A DNA stretch of 64,000 nucleotides from Armatimonadota bacterium (GTDB taxonomy: Bacteria > Armatimonadota > UBA5829 > DSUL01): assembly GCA_039811685.1 (NCBI GenBank), contig JBDHZC010000001.1, forward strand, positions 512,001 through 576,000, written 5' to 3'. The first letter of the stretch is position 1; each line of letters begins with the position of its first letter. Position numbers and translations under genes: made by a program. The notes beneath the pieces were generated by a model that was not told where the DNA came from, made no database searches, and worked only from the letters and a program-made list of their open reading frames with translations. Positions 34,029 to 43,502 of this stretch are shown here, one piece after another.

Positions 34029-34087
34029 TCCATCCGTCCTGTCTGTCCTGTAGGTCCCGTCTGTCCCATTGGTCTTATGCCCCCCAT
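34025..34087. repeat. 9-bp tandem array (6-7 degenerate units)
   Basis: CCATTCCAT CCGTCCTGT CTGTCCTGT AGGTCCCGT CTGTCCCAT TGGTCTTAT GCCCCCCAT. Confidence 0.75.
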
Positions 34088-34097
34088 CTGTGGTAAA

Positions 34098-34177
34098 ATA
34101 GCGGTGGTCCTAGGGTGCGAATTCGCCTCGCACGCCCCGATCCTTTCGGGGAGAACCCGGGGGGGCGTCCGGGCTAT
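34098..34177 (-). ncRNA. Predicted compact structured RNA with possible pseudoknot
   Basis: AUAGC/GCUAU, ACGCCCC/GGGGCGU and GCGA/UCGC stems plus GGUUCU/AGGACC cross-pairing; folded by eye only. Confidence 0.35.
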
Positions 34178-34182
34178 GGGAC

Positions 34183-34532
34183 TTATTTCTTTGCCTCCCT
34201 CAACCCTCTCAGTGTCCCGTCACTCTTGTAAATGGCCCGCCGTCTGGAAGGGATGGCTGTTACCACAATGGCCTCGTCGCGTCCTTCGGCATAGCCAAGC
34301 ACTACTTGCGCAAACCCGTCTGCCTTGTTTGGGAGCGGACAGGGTCCAACGCATTTAATGCGCCATTCCCCTTGTCGCTCATTCCAAACCGGCGCTTCCG
34401 ACACAGCTTGGGGAGCCTCAGCAATTCTGCGAAGCTCCGCCGTGTTCTCTGCAAACCACTCCTCGCGCTCGGGATGATCGCCCCGCGCAGGCAGAGGCGC
34501 CTGGAAATAACACTCTGCGGAACCGGGCGCAT
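34183..34532 (-). pseudogene. Frameshifted RelE/BECR-fold-like RNase (toxin-like) gene
   Basis: SD GGAGGT plus ATG at 34532 is out of frame with the body DHPEREEW..IAEAP..VVLGY..IVVTAIP. Confidence 0.4.
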
Positions 34533-34672
34533 TGCCACACCTCCCAAAAAAGCAGAGCACCCGTCTCGAAAAGGCTCTTTCCCGCAACGCGACTCTATCC
34601 CAAAGCGCGATTCCGACTCCGAAAAAGCGCCGATCTTTGTAAACACACCCATGTACAATAAGTGTACTTATA

Positions 34673-34688
34673 ATTATAACAATTGTTC
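34673..34688 (-). promoter_or_regulatory. Extended -10 promoter overlapped by a LexA-like box
   Basis: TGT-TATAAT on minus strand; GAAC-AATT-GTTA at 34677-34688. Confidence 0.45.
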
Positions 34689-34885
34689 ACAAAGGGCGTC
34701 GGTTGACAAGGGTATGGACCGATGTGGTATGTTTGGGCACCCTCCCCCAGAAGCAGCTCAATATGCGCGCGCGTCTCTGGGAGAGTGAGCGTGAGGTGTC
34801 ATGTCTTGATTAGCTGAAGTCACAACTGAAGATGCACTCGAGCGGGCAGCCACGCAACTACGGTTCCCTAAGGAGGTTATGAATT

Positions 34886-35020
34886 ATGCAAGGAGAATCA
34901 TTTTGGGGAGCAATGGTCTTTATGGCTCTACTGATGATGTCGCCCGCTGTATGGATGTTTATATTAGCAGTCATTGTCGCGCGGGCTATCTGGAATCTTT
35001 CCTCAGGTATCGGGTGGTAG
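34886..35020 (+). CDS. Small hydrophobic membrane peptide (44 aa), absent from the ORF track
   Basis: SD AAGGAGGT 8 nt upstream; MQGESFWGAMVFMALLMMSPAVWMFILAVIVARAIWNLSSGIGW. Confidence 0.55.
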   Translation: MQGESFWGAMVFMALLMMSPAVWMFILAVIVARAIWNLSSGIGW

Positions 35021-35139
35021 GGGTGGCAGGACAGATCACAAGGTATTGCCAATTCTAATCCTGACCAAGACACCTCTCCACGAGCTGCCTGCGCAAATGC
35101 AGGGTGACATCTGCAGATAACGTCAAACTCTTCTCAGCA

Positions 35140-35520
35140 CTACCGCAAGCCCTCTTTCAGGGCGTCTTTCTCCTGTAATTCCTCCAAAGCCTGGACGGCG
35201 ATCTCACCACCAACCACCAGGGTGAACCGCTCCTGATGACTGCCACCGCTTTTGGTCGCCATCAGAGAGGCGAAAAGCGTCCACTAACGCAGCGCCGTCC
35301 AGGCTTTTTCCAGTTCCTCTCCACCCAGTCCGTAGCGTACGTAGATGTCGAAAGTCCCGGACCCTCCACGACGCCGGCCGATGAACGTGAAAGCGCGCGC
35401 ATGAGACGTTTTCTCAAACTCTGGAAACTCGAAGTGAAGCTGCCGGGCTATCTCTTCAGCGCTTCCCTGAAACACCAGAGGAACTCCGATGCCTCCACGG
35501 CAGTAAGCTGTAATCTTCAT
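35140..35520 (-). pseudogene. Hypothetical gene interrupted by an in-frame TAG
   Basis: MKITAYCRGG...KAWTALR*WTLFASL...ALKEGLR*; frame stays open for 47 codons after the TAG at 35284-35286. Confidence 0.4.
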
Positions 35521-35847
35521 CGCTTGCCCCAGTTCTCCGCGCGGTGCGTCCTTTTCCGGAAATGGAAGATGCATAGTGAGCAGTGTATTCGAGAACGGCG
35601 GAAAAATCACCACGCGCTGGACAGGGCACTGTGGACATCTGAAATGCGGTCGTTTTCGAGTGTTTGTCCTGTTTTCTCCCGCAGCGTAAACCGATCACGG
35701 AATTGGCACACTTCTTGCACCTAACCGAAGTGGAGGAGCGAGCGCAGAGATGCGCGTGAGAGTGTACTGCCCAACACCCCACGCCTCCGTTTGCTCTAAC
35801 GGTGACTCGCAATGGCTCAGTAACGCGAGGAGGCTAGACCCGCTGTA

Positions 35848-36852
35848 ATGCTCTCACGAGGCAACATTTTAGTAGTGGACGACGAGGTGAATCTCTGCAG
35901 AATACTCGATGCAAAGCTCACCAAGAGCGGCTACGAGGTTATGACCGTCCACGATGGGCAGCAGGCTGTGGAGAAGGTGCAGGAACGGCAGTTTGATCTG
36001 GTGCTGCTGGACTTGATCCTGCCCAAACTCGACGGTCTCGAAGCGCTGGAAAAGATCCGCAAGATCAACTCCGAAGTTCCCGTAATTGTGATGACCGCCT
36101 GTGAAAACACAGACGCAGAATCACGCGCCCGCTCACGCGGCGCTTCGGCTTTCATCAGCAAACCCTTCGACCTGGACAGGCTGGTGATGCTTGTTCAGAA
36201 CACATCCACAGAAGCCCGCTCCATCAGTGCTCAATCCACCGTTGTGGACGGCTCCGGCTTGTTTCGCCCCGGGCAGAAGTTGACACTGGCTATCTCAGAG
36301 GACGCTACGCACACCTATCAGGCTCGTCTGGTAAAGCGTGTGGATTCCAGGCTGAATGTGGAGCTGAGTGAGCCTGAAGACGCAGCTACACTCAAGAGCC
36401 AGGGGCAGGTAGAGGCGCGAATTGGCGCGATGGACGCAATGTACCGCTTCACAAGCGCGGTCGAGGCGACTCAGCAGGACCGCGAGCTGGTTTTACATCT
36501 TCCCCAGGTGATGTACCGCATCCAACGCCGCAAGTACCCGCGTGTCGGAGTTAAGGCGCCGGTCAGATTCCAAGGCGAAAGCGACAGCGCTGTGCGTGAC
36601 GGCTACACGGAAGACGTTGGCGTGGGTGGAATGAGTATCATCGCCGGGGCGCCCGTAGAGCCAGGACAAGTCCTGCATGTGGAATCCAGCGCCATCCTGC
36701 ATCTGGACAGCATCAAATGCGCTGGACAGGTTCTACGCTGCACCAGGCAGGACTCTTCTAGCCGCGAAGAGTGGAAGCTGGCGCTCCAGTTCACCGATCC
36801 CGATCCCAACCTGCGAAGAGCGCTCCTACAGCATCTGGCGCTGGCGGGATAG
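35848..36852 (+). CDS. Response regulator with receiver and PilZN/PilZ domains
   Basis: VVDDE, LLDLILP, MTA, SKPF; QRRKYPR and DVGVGG PilZ motifs. Confidence 0.88.
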   Translation: MLSRGNILVVDDEVNLCRILDAKLTKSGYEVMTVHDGQQAVEKVQERQFDLVLLDLILPKLDGLEALEKIRKINSEVPVIVMTACENTDAESRARSRGASAFISKPFDLDRLVMLVQNTSTEARSISAQSTVVDGSGLFRPGQKLTLAISEDATHTYQARLVKRVDSRLNVELSEPEDAATLKSQGQVEARIGAMDAMYRFTSAVEATQQDRELVLHLPQVMYRIQRRKYPRVGVKAPVRFQGESDSAVRDGYTEDVGVGGMSIIAGAPVEPGQVLHVESSAILHLDSIKCAGQVLRCTRQDSSSREEWKLALQFTDPDPNLRRALLQHLALAG

Positions 36853-36928
36853 CGCCTTACACAACAACACAACGCAGATTTCCTGATGGCCCGGGGAGCG
36901 CAGCGCCTCCGGGCCTTCCCGCATCTGG

Positions 36929-37156
36929 TCAGTGTGTGTGGCAGCAACCGCCGCCGCAGCACCCTCCTCCAGAACCTCCAGAGCTCGATACCGCCCCACT
37001 GGCGGACTTACTTGAAGAGAAGAAGGTTGAAAGCTGACGCAAAGCTCCCCTGGACCCACAATGGGGACAGGAGACTTTGGAGTCATCTGCATTCATTGAG
37101 CAGAGCTTCTCAAAGGGCTCTTTGCAGTTTTTACACGTGAACTCATAAATTGGCAT
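36929..37156 (-). CDS. FmdB-family zinc-ribbon protein
   Basis: MPIYEFTCKNC...CPHCGS with G/C-rich tail. Confidence 0.9.
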   Translation of the reverse strand: MPIYEFTCKNCKEPFEKLCSMNADDSKVSCPHCGSRGALRQLSTFFSSSKSASGAVSSSGGSGGGCCGGGCCHTH

Positions 37157-37264
37157 AGCTTGTTCTCTGGTTGGTTACGCAGTCCTAAAAACTGCTGAAA
37201 GATTGACCGGGCGTGTCGCAGAAGCGTCTCTCTTGCGCACGCACCAGTTTCCTAATTGATACAA

Positions 37265-39289
37265 TCAAAAACTCAGTTCAATCTGAGTGCCGGCTGAAAG
37301 CTCCGCGCTTTTCCAGGTGATGTATTCTGAGCCGAGTTTGACGGCCGCTTCCTGCGGCTTGCGCGTGCACAATCCGATGCGCAGCGCCATATCAGAGTCC
37401 GCTTCTGAGCGAATCCGCAATGTGCGATATGCACTGCCCCCCTTCTGCTCCAGCCAGATGACTCCCTGCGGAAGCACAACAGCTGTCTCAAAAGAACTCT
37501 CAACAGGCAGGTGAGGAGCAATCTGTATCACATCGTTCTCCAGCACTTCCACTCCGAGCGCTCCCCAAAGGATTGCCGCAAAAATATCCGCGTTCCAACC
37601 CTGAATTGTGGGCCCGCGATTTTCGCCTGTTTCTCCATCCATATACTCATGCGGAGTGAAATCGCCGTGGGCTTCCAGATCGCCGCGCCCCACCCTGCGG
37701 ATTATCTCACTGGCCTGCTCGGGATATCCTGCCTTATAACGACCGAGCGCATCCATAAAGTTCAGGAAAGGCCAGACACCTCCGTTATGGTAATCTCCCG
37801 GTTCGTTGTTCGATGGATTGCGGTAGGGGTAGGTGTCCCTGACACCCCAGGGCGTCTCATTAGGCGTCAGCGACTGATATATCCTGCCAAGACGCTCCGG
37901 GGGTATGAGGTCCCAGGCGGCTCCGACAAGCTGGTCCTGCTGAACGTGCGCATCCTCTCTGCCATCCCTCCACTGAGTCGTGTAGAAGTCACCTGTCCAC
38001 AAGCCACCCTCCGACACACTCCGGTTAACAGCCTGATCTACGCGGTCAGCCAGGTCCGAGTACTCGCGAGCTTCATCGGCATTGCCAATAGCCTCCAACA
38101 TCTCCGAGGCGCCCCTGAGAGCACCGAGCCAGGTAAACTCGAAATGCGGCGCCAGCTTGCGTCCTTCGACACCAGGCACGTCCTTCCAGTCTGCCCAGTA
38201 CGATTGCTGCTCTATCAGGGCGTCTGCGTCTGTATCCCGAGCTTTGAGCCACTCCAGAGCTTTTCGCACAGCTGGCCACAAATCCAGGACAACCCGACCA
38301 TCGCGCCAGAAACGCCAGTACCGCCAGACACGCAACACAAAATAGCAGTTGATGTCGAGATCGTCTTCGCGCTCGATTACTGGAAGAATAGTCGTTGGAA
38401 TCTTTCCATCAGGGCGCATGTGGCGGGCCGTCTCCTGCAGCATCTGAAGCTCCAGATCAGGCCAGAATACCAGATGCACCCAGCTTGTCCAGTACGAGTC
38501 ACGCTGATTGAACTCGCAATATCCCATAGTGATCACCATGTTGCGAGTTATCCGTGTCAGATAGATTGCCGCAGGCAAGTACCAGCGCATCCACCGGTCA
38601 ATCTCCACATCGCCCGTCGAGGGTATCAGGCGTGAAAATGTGTGTGTGCGCTCGAGTAGCTCGAAGTAGCGCCCGTCCACATAACGCACCAGATCCTGGA
38701 CGGAGCTTAACTGTTGAGCGTAAAAACCTTCGGAGTCGAAGGCTGCATAGACAAAACGGACACTGCGCTGCGCACCGGCCGGCACAGTCACAGCGACATT
38801 TGACCCGGGGGCGGCGTCTGGACTCTGTGCGTCCGTAAATCCACACAGAAGCGCGCGCGCTGAACTGAGCTCATCCGTCGCCTGCAGAGCAAAACGCAAC
38901 TCCACCGCTTGTTCGCAGTCGGCGCTGTTGTGAAGCGTCAGAGTGCTGATCAGTACCGGGAGGCTGCTGATGAACGCATCGCCAGCAGCGATCGGCGCAA
39001 ACGTCTGGATTTCCAGCCGGAGTGCTGGCAGGCGAGAGTCAGTGAGGGATGTAGAGGCGAAAGGAAACGCGATCTGTGTCTGTATCTCAGCAAACTCACT
39101 TGTCCGCAGAGAACTATCTGCGGCGCAGACAGTGAGGCTGCCAGCAGGCGCTTCTTCCAGCCAGGGTCCCTCTCTGGAGGGATTGATTAGAACGCCGGAG
39201 AGAAACTCCCCGCTGGAGTTTATCTGCGCGCAGATTCCAAAATTGCCAACCGTATAACCACCGGTAACGGGTCTTTTCTTAATATCCAC
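37265..39289 (-). CDS. Six-hairpin glycosidase (GH116/debranching-enzyme-like)
   Basis: NQRDSYW, DTDADAL, YWADW, YHNGGVWP, HEY, QGWNA. Confidence 0.72.
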   Translation of the reverse strand: MDIKKRPVTGGYTVGNFGICAQINSSGEFLSGVLINPSREGPWLEEAPAGSLTVCAADSSLRTSEFAEIQTQIAFPFASTSLTDSRLPALRLEIQTFAPIAAGDAFISSLPVLISTLTLHNSADCEQAVELRFALQATDELSSARALLCGFTDAQSPDAAPGSNVAVTVPAGAQRSVRFVYAAFDSEGFYAQQLSSVQDLVRYVDGRYFELLERTHTFSRLIPSTGDVEIDRWMRWYLPAAIYLTRITRNMVITMGYCEFNQRDSYWTSWVHLVFWPDLELQMLQETARHMRPDGKIPTTILPVIEREDDLDINCYFVLRVWRYWRFWRDGRVVLDLWPAVRKALEWLKARDTDADALIEQQSYWADWKDVPGVEGRKLAPHFEFTWLGALRGASEMLEAIGNADEAREYSDLADRVDQAVNRSVSEGGLWTGDFYTTQWRDGREDAHVQQDQLVGAAWDLIPPERLGRIYQSLTPNETPWGVRDTYPYRNPSNNEPGDYHNGGVWPFLNFMDALGRYKAGYPEQASEIIRRVGRGDLEAHGDFTPHEYMDGETGENRGPTIQGWNADIFAAILWGALGVEVLENDVIQIAPHLPVESSFETAVVLPQGVIWLEQKGGSAYRTLRIRSEADSDMALRIGLCTRKPQEAAVKLGSEYITWKSAELSAGTQIELSF

Positions 39290-39319
39290 TGACCGTCAAC
39301 TGTATTCGGCAAAAGCAGC

Positions 39320-40177
39320 TCATGCTGCAGTTTGCTCAGCGTGCTGGGGGAACAGGACGGGGAAATCGTCCCCGCGCCACAAATCACCGTCCGCGCCATT
39401 GAACAACAGGCAGTTGTGGTGAGCATCCCCAGGCGTCCCGACACGCCGCCGAATATGATCGGGCATCATGTGCGCAACGTAGGAGCGTCTCGGGCTGGAA
39501 GTCATGTTTGGGCCGCTCCCGTGCAAAGTGAGACAGTGGTGAAAACTTACTTCCCCGGCTTTTAGAGGCACCGTGACAGGCGCAGCATCCGGCTGTCCGT
39601 GCTGCTCACCATATCGCCTAATCTTTTCCATCTGCCGGTCGATATCGGGGTCGAAGAAGCTCAAATCCTCAATAAGACTCCACTTGTGGCTTCCCGGGAT
39701 CATTTGCAGACAGCCGTTAGTCTCATCAACGTCCACAAGCGCAATCCACGCCGTAAGCATGTCGGCAGGTGTCGTGCACTGCCAGTACATATAGTCCTGA
39801 TGCCATCCGACATTTCCTTTCCCTGTAGAATGGCCGGGCTTGTAGAGAAGTTGATCGTGCCACAGACGCACAGCAGGCGTTTCGGCAAGCCGCGCCCCGA
39901 TTGCCGCAACTGTCTCATTCATAAGTAGCTCACGGATGGTATTGTTCGCCTGGTACGCATAGTCAATTTTGCGCACCACTCTGGGGTCTCCATCGGCCTT
40001 ATTCCAGGACCGCAGCGGCTCCCTGCCAGTCTCATATTCCCCGTCAAAGACGCGATCCATCGCCGTGTGCATGCGCTCGATAAGGTCATCAGATATGACT
40101 TTTCCGGATGCCCACCACCCATTCTCGCGATAAAACGCCATATCTTTGTCGGTTGGAAGCAGTGACGAATTAATCAT
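39320..40177 (-). CDS. PhyH-family Fe/2OG dioxygenase
   Basis: GWHQDY, WIALVD, NGCLQMIPGSH, LHGSGPN..RR. Confidence 0.9.
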   Translation of the reverse strand: MINSSLLPTDKDMAFYRENGWWASGKVISDDLIERMHTAMDRVFDGEYETGREPLRSWNKADGDPRVVRKIDYAYQANNTIRELLMNETVAAIGARLAETPAVRLWHDQLLYKPGHSTGKGNVGWHQDYMYWQCTTPADMLTAWIALVDVDETNGCLQMIPGSHKWSLIEDLSFFDPDIDRQMEKIRRYGEQHGQPDAAPVTVPLKAGEVSFHHCLTLHGSGPNMTSSPRRSYVAHMMPDHIRRRVGTPGDAHHNCLLFNGADGDLWRGDDFPVLFPQHAEQTAA

Positions 40178-40260
40178 TGGTGTTGCGCGAACTCCTTCAT
40201 AAGAGGTTACCACCCGTGTAGTGACGGTTCCCAGACTCAGCAGAAAAGGAAGACACGGTA

Positions 40261-40581
40261 CTAGTTCTTGAGCAGGTACTTGTCAGGCTGCTTCTGAAAC
40301 TCGTCCCGGCACCAGTCTGAGCAGAAATGGTACTCGCGTCCATTCTTGACCAGCTTGTGTTTACCATCCTCTTTCGGCGGCATCACGTGCCCGCTCATAA
40401 CATAACACACCCTGCAATAATCGGAGAGATTCTTGTCGGCAGGCACATCTGTATGGGAGGCGGTTTGTGAAACGGTTCCCTGGGTAGATGATTCAGACGT
40501 TGAGGGTTTTGCGGAGTTGGACCCGCAGCCTGCGGCCAGCAATACAGTCACAATGGCCAGCAGACACAAAGCTTTGTTCAC
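40261..40581 (-). CDS. YHS/TRASH-domain lipoprotein
   Basis: SD AAAGGAG plus GTG; lipobox LAAGC; CRVC and YHFCSDWCRDEFQKQPDKY. Confidence 0.8.
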   Translation of the reverse strand: MNKALCLLAIVTVLLAAGCGSNSAKPSTSESSTQGTVSQTASHTDVPADKNLSDYCRVCYVMSGHVMPPKEDGKHKLVKNGREYHFCSDWCRDEFQKQPDKYLLKN

Positions 40582-40690
40582 GTGGGTTGGCTCCTTTCGG
40601 AATGGGTACTGAAGTCTTGATGGGACCTCTTGCACCCTGTTACACGGTAACCCAATTCGTCCACAAACGCCAGCGCCCACCCGCACAATT

Positions 40691-41896
40691 CTACGCCAGA
40701 CACTTCTGTATCCGGTCTACAATGGTTTCAGCGAATGAAAACGCACAGGTGAAGGCGGGCGAAACAGCGTTCAGCACGTGAAAGGAGCCGCTATCCCCTT
40801 CCAGCACGAAATCCATCACGAGTTTGCGACTGTGGCGGTCCAAAAGCTGAGCGCGAATTCCCGGACGTCCCCAGACCCGGTAGTTGGCCACATCCACACC
40901 CTCAAGCAGCCGGGCGGCCTGTGAGACGAGATAGGGACGATAGTATTTTCTAATCTCCTCCGTGGCCAGCCCTCGAAAATCAAAACCACCCCGCAACAAC
41001 AAGCCTCCAATAGAACGCGCAGCCTCACACGCCTCACTCATTCGAAAGTGATCGAACCATCCGTACTGTTGCCTCCAGAGACAGGGGATGGCAGTCGGAC
41101 CGATCTTGTGGCGGCCATCAACAGTCACTGTGAAATGGACGCCCAGAAACGGATTCCTGAGGTTTGGGACTGGATAGACGTTCGTGTGCAGCGCGTGATC
41201 TGGTTCACTGGAATAGAGAAAAAGCCCTTTGAACGGAAGTATCTGGTACTGAGCGCCGAACCCAAAGTCCCACGCGACAACGTCGGCGTAAAGCCCTGCG
41301 CAGTTCACGACGTAACCCGCGCTGAGGGGACCTCTGTCGGTCAGGATGCGGTCTTTCAGGCGCCTACTGTAGGCACAAGACGTACGCACCTCAATTCCAA
41401 GCTCGCGGCAGTCGTTGGCGAGCGATTCAACGACTGACTCTGGATCGACCGTGGCAGTATCCGGAGACCATAGCGCCCTGCCGAGCGTCTTGACGCGGGG
41501 TTCAATCTTTTTTGCCTCCTGGTCGGAGACATCTTCTAAGCAGACCCCGTTTTTCGCCCCGCGCTCCAGCAGAATCTCGAGGGAAGACAAATCTTCTTCG
41601 CTGGACGCTACTACGAGCTTGCCGCACCTGTTCAACGGAAGACCTTTAGACCGGCAGTAACTCTGCATCCGCAGATTGCCCTCTCGCGTGAGACGGGCTT
41701 TGAGAGTGTCAGAAGTGTAGTAGAAGCCCGCGTGGAGCACGCCGCTGTTGCGCCCGCTGGCGTGAGCAGCGAGACGCGCCTCCTTTTCCAGCACAAGAAC
41801 TCTCTGCTCTGGAAAACGCCGTCTGATCTCCAGAGCCGTAGTCAGACCCACGATTCCTCCACCTATAACAAGAAAATCTGTTAGCTCAAGCGCCAT
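40691..41896 (-). CDS. lhgO: L-2-hydroxyglutarate oxidase-like FAD oxidoreductase
   Basis: GGGIVG, HASGRNSGVLHAG, YPVP..PFLGVH, GIRAQ, NAVSPAFT. Confidence 0.85.
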   Translation of the reverse strand: MALELTDFLVIGGGIVGLTTALEIRRRFPEQRVLVLEKEARLAAHASGRNSGVLHAGFYYTSDTLKARLTREGNLRMQSYCRSKGLPLNRCGKLVVASSEEDLSSLEILLERGAKNGVCLEDVSDQEAKKIEPRVKTLGRALWSPDTATVDPESVVESLANDCRELGIEVRTSCAYSRRLKDRILTDRGPLSAGYVVNCAGLYADVVAWDFGFGAQYQILPFKGLFLYSSEPDHALHTNVYPVPNLRNPFLGVHFTVTVDGRHKIGPTAIPCLWRQQYGWFDHFRMSEACEAARSIGGLLLRGGFDFRGLATEEIRKYYRPYLVSQAARLLEGVDVANYRVWGRPGIRAQLLDRHSRKLVMDFVLEGDSGSFHVLNAVSPAFTCAFSFAETIVDRIQKCLA

Positions 41897-42127
41897 TTCT
41901 GGGGAGTTTATCACCGCAGGCCGTGCAGTTGCGTTACTCAATGACAGGTCTCTCCTGATGCGCCCGCCGAGACAGCCACTGATTTGGAGGGACAACGGTG
42001 CGTACACCTGTCGGCGGAGTGTCATAGATGACGCATTCCGCGCCGAATCAAGAAAATGGACAGGAACGCATTATCGCGCAGGGATTGACGGGCGCGCTGG
42101 ATAAACACTGTTGCTGAGGTAGTTCTA

Positions 42128-43330
42128 ATGAGTGGTTTGCGTTGGCGCTTGAGCGCCATGATGTTTCTTGAGTACGCTGTCTGGGGCGCGTGGAGCGTGG
42201 TCCTGGCCAGCTATCTGGCTGAGCTGAAGTTCACCGGCAATCAGGTCGGCGTGATCTTCAGTATTCTGCCCCTGGCCTGCGCGGTCATGCCGATTCCCTT
42301 TGGACAACTGGCAGATCGCTACTTCTCGACGGAGAGACTCCTTTTCGTCCTTTTGCTGGTCAGCGGCATATCAATGTTCTTGATGGCGCAGACGACGAAC
42401 TACGGTCAGATTGTGCTCTGGATGTCTCTGTTCTCGATCGCTTACGCGCCCACTCTGGCGTTGACCAATTCGATCTGTTTCAGAAACATGCAGGCTTCTG
42501 AAAAGGAGTTTGGCTACGTCCGCGTCTTTGGCACGATCGGATGGATCGCGGCAGGACTGGTGTTGGCGGGGTGGCGAGGGCTAGCGCCTGTGAAAGCCGA
42601 CCTGCTCTACCTGGCCGGCGTGTTTTCTATCCTTTTGGCGCTCTTCTCCTTCTTCCTCCCGCACACGCCACCGAAAAGAGAAGGCACAAATCCATTCGCC
42701 TTTCTTGAGGCGCTCCGGCTATTCAAGAATCCAAACTTTACAGTCTTTATGATCATCTCGTTTGTAGTAGGAACAGAGCTTGAGTTCTACTACATGCTCA
42801 CTTCGCCGTTCTTGAACCATCTGGGCGTGCCAGATGCGACTATTCCGGCTGTTATGACTATTGCGCAGATTGCTGAAATCGTCGTCATGGCCGGTCTGCT
42901 GCCTATCATGCTGCCGAAGATGGGCGCGCGAAAACTGCTGGCTATTGGGGTGATAGCCTGGCCGCTCCGGTATGCTATTTTTGCCGTCGGCCATCCACTC
43001 TGGCTGATTGAGGCTGCGCTGAGCCTCCACGGCATCTGCTACGTGTTCTTCTTCGTCGTTGGGTTTATTTATGTTGACCAGATTGCTCCGGTGGACATCA
43101 AAGCCTCAGCTCAGAGCTTGATCGCTATTGTAGTGCTCGGCTTTGGGCGCTTCCTTGGCAGCCGACTCGCGGGCATCACTCAGGACTGGTTCACAAGCGA
43201 CGGCATCATCCACTGGCAGCAGGTCTTTCTTGTGCCCTGCGTCCTGACTGTGCTTTGCGCCGTGGCATTTCTGTTGTTCTTCCGGGAAGAGCGCAAGATC
43301 AAATCGGCTTCAGAGGTACAACCCGCCTGA
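42128..43330 (+). CDS. MFS transporter, nucleoside:H+ symporter (NupG-like)
   Basis: MMFLEYAVWGAW, RVFGTIGWI, LPHTPP, LHGICY. Confidence 0.88.
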   Translation: MSGLRWRLSAMMFLEYAVWGAWSVVLASYLAELKFTGNQVGVIFSILPLACAVMPIPFGQLADRYFSTERLLFVLLLVSGISMFLMAQTTNYGQIVLWMSLFSIAYAPTLALTNSICFRNMQASEKEFGYVRVFGTIGWIAAGLVLAGWRGLAPVKADLLYLAGVFSILLALFSFFLPHTPPKREGTNPFAFLEALRLFKNPNFTVFMIISFVVGTELEFYYMLTSPFLNHLGVPDATIPAVMTIAQIAEIVVMAGLLPIMLPKMGARKLLAIGVIAWPLRYAIFAVGHPLWLIEAALSLHGICYVFFFVVGFIYVDQIAPVDIKASAQSLIAIVVLGFGRFLGSRLAGITQDWFTSDGIIHWQQVFLVPCVLTVLCAVAFLLFFREERKIKSASEVQPA

Positions 43331-43502
43331 AAATCCTGCGTCAGGCACTCAGACAACAGGAGTCAGTCTATCCGGCGCGGGCTGGCTGGTCGTCCAGGCA
43401 CAGCGCAGACGTGCGACAGCGGGGACCGCGCAGTGTGGCTACAGGCGTCGCTGTGCGGCTTGCACTGAGCTTCACAACGCATAGAAAGGGCGCGACACAC
43501 AA

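Noticed and set aside
33687..34087. CRISPR array from the 9-bp repeats
   Set aside because: Units are short, contiguous and degenerate, with no spacers
34098..34177. HDV-like or hammerhead ribozyme
   Set aside because: Pseudoknot topology is loosely HDV-like, but the P3/L3 consensus and P1.1 are missing, and there is no CUGAUGA core
33666..34358. 230-aa plus-strand ORF with PVCPVGPVCP repeats
   Set aside because: Repeats come from the 9-bp arrays; SD, terminator and protein-like frames all lie on the minus strand
35284..35286. Pyrrolysine or recoded TAG
   Set aside because: TAG terminates many core genes here (groL, accA, pth), and no pyl genes are visible
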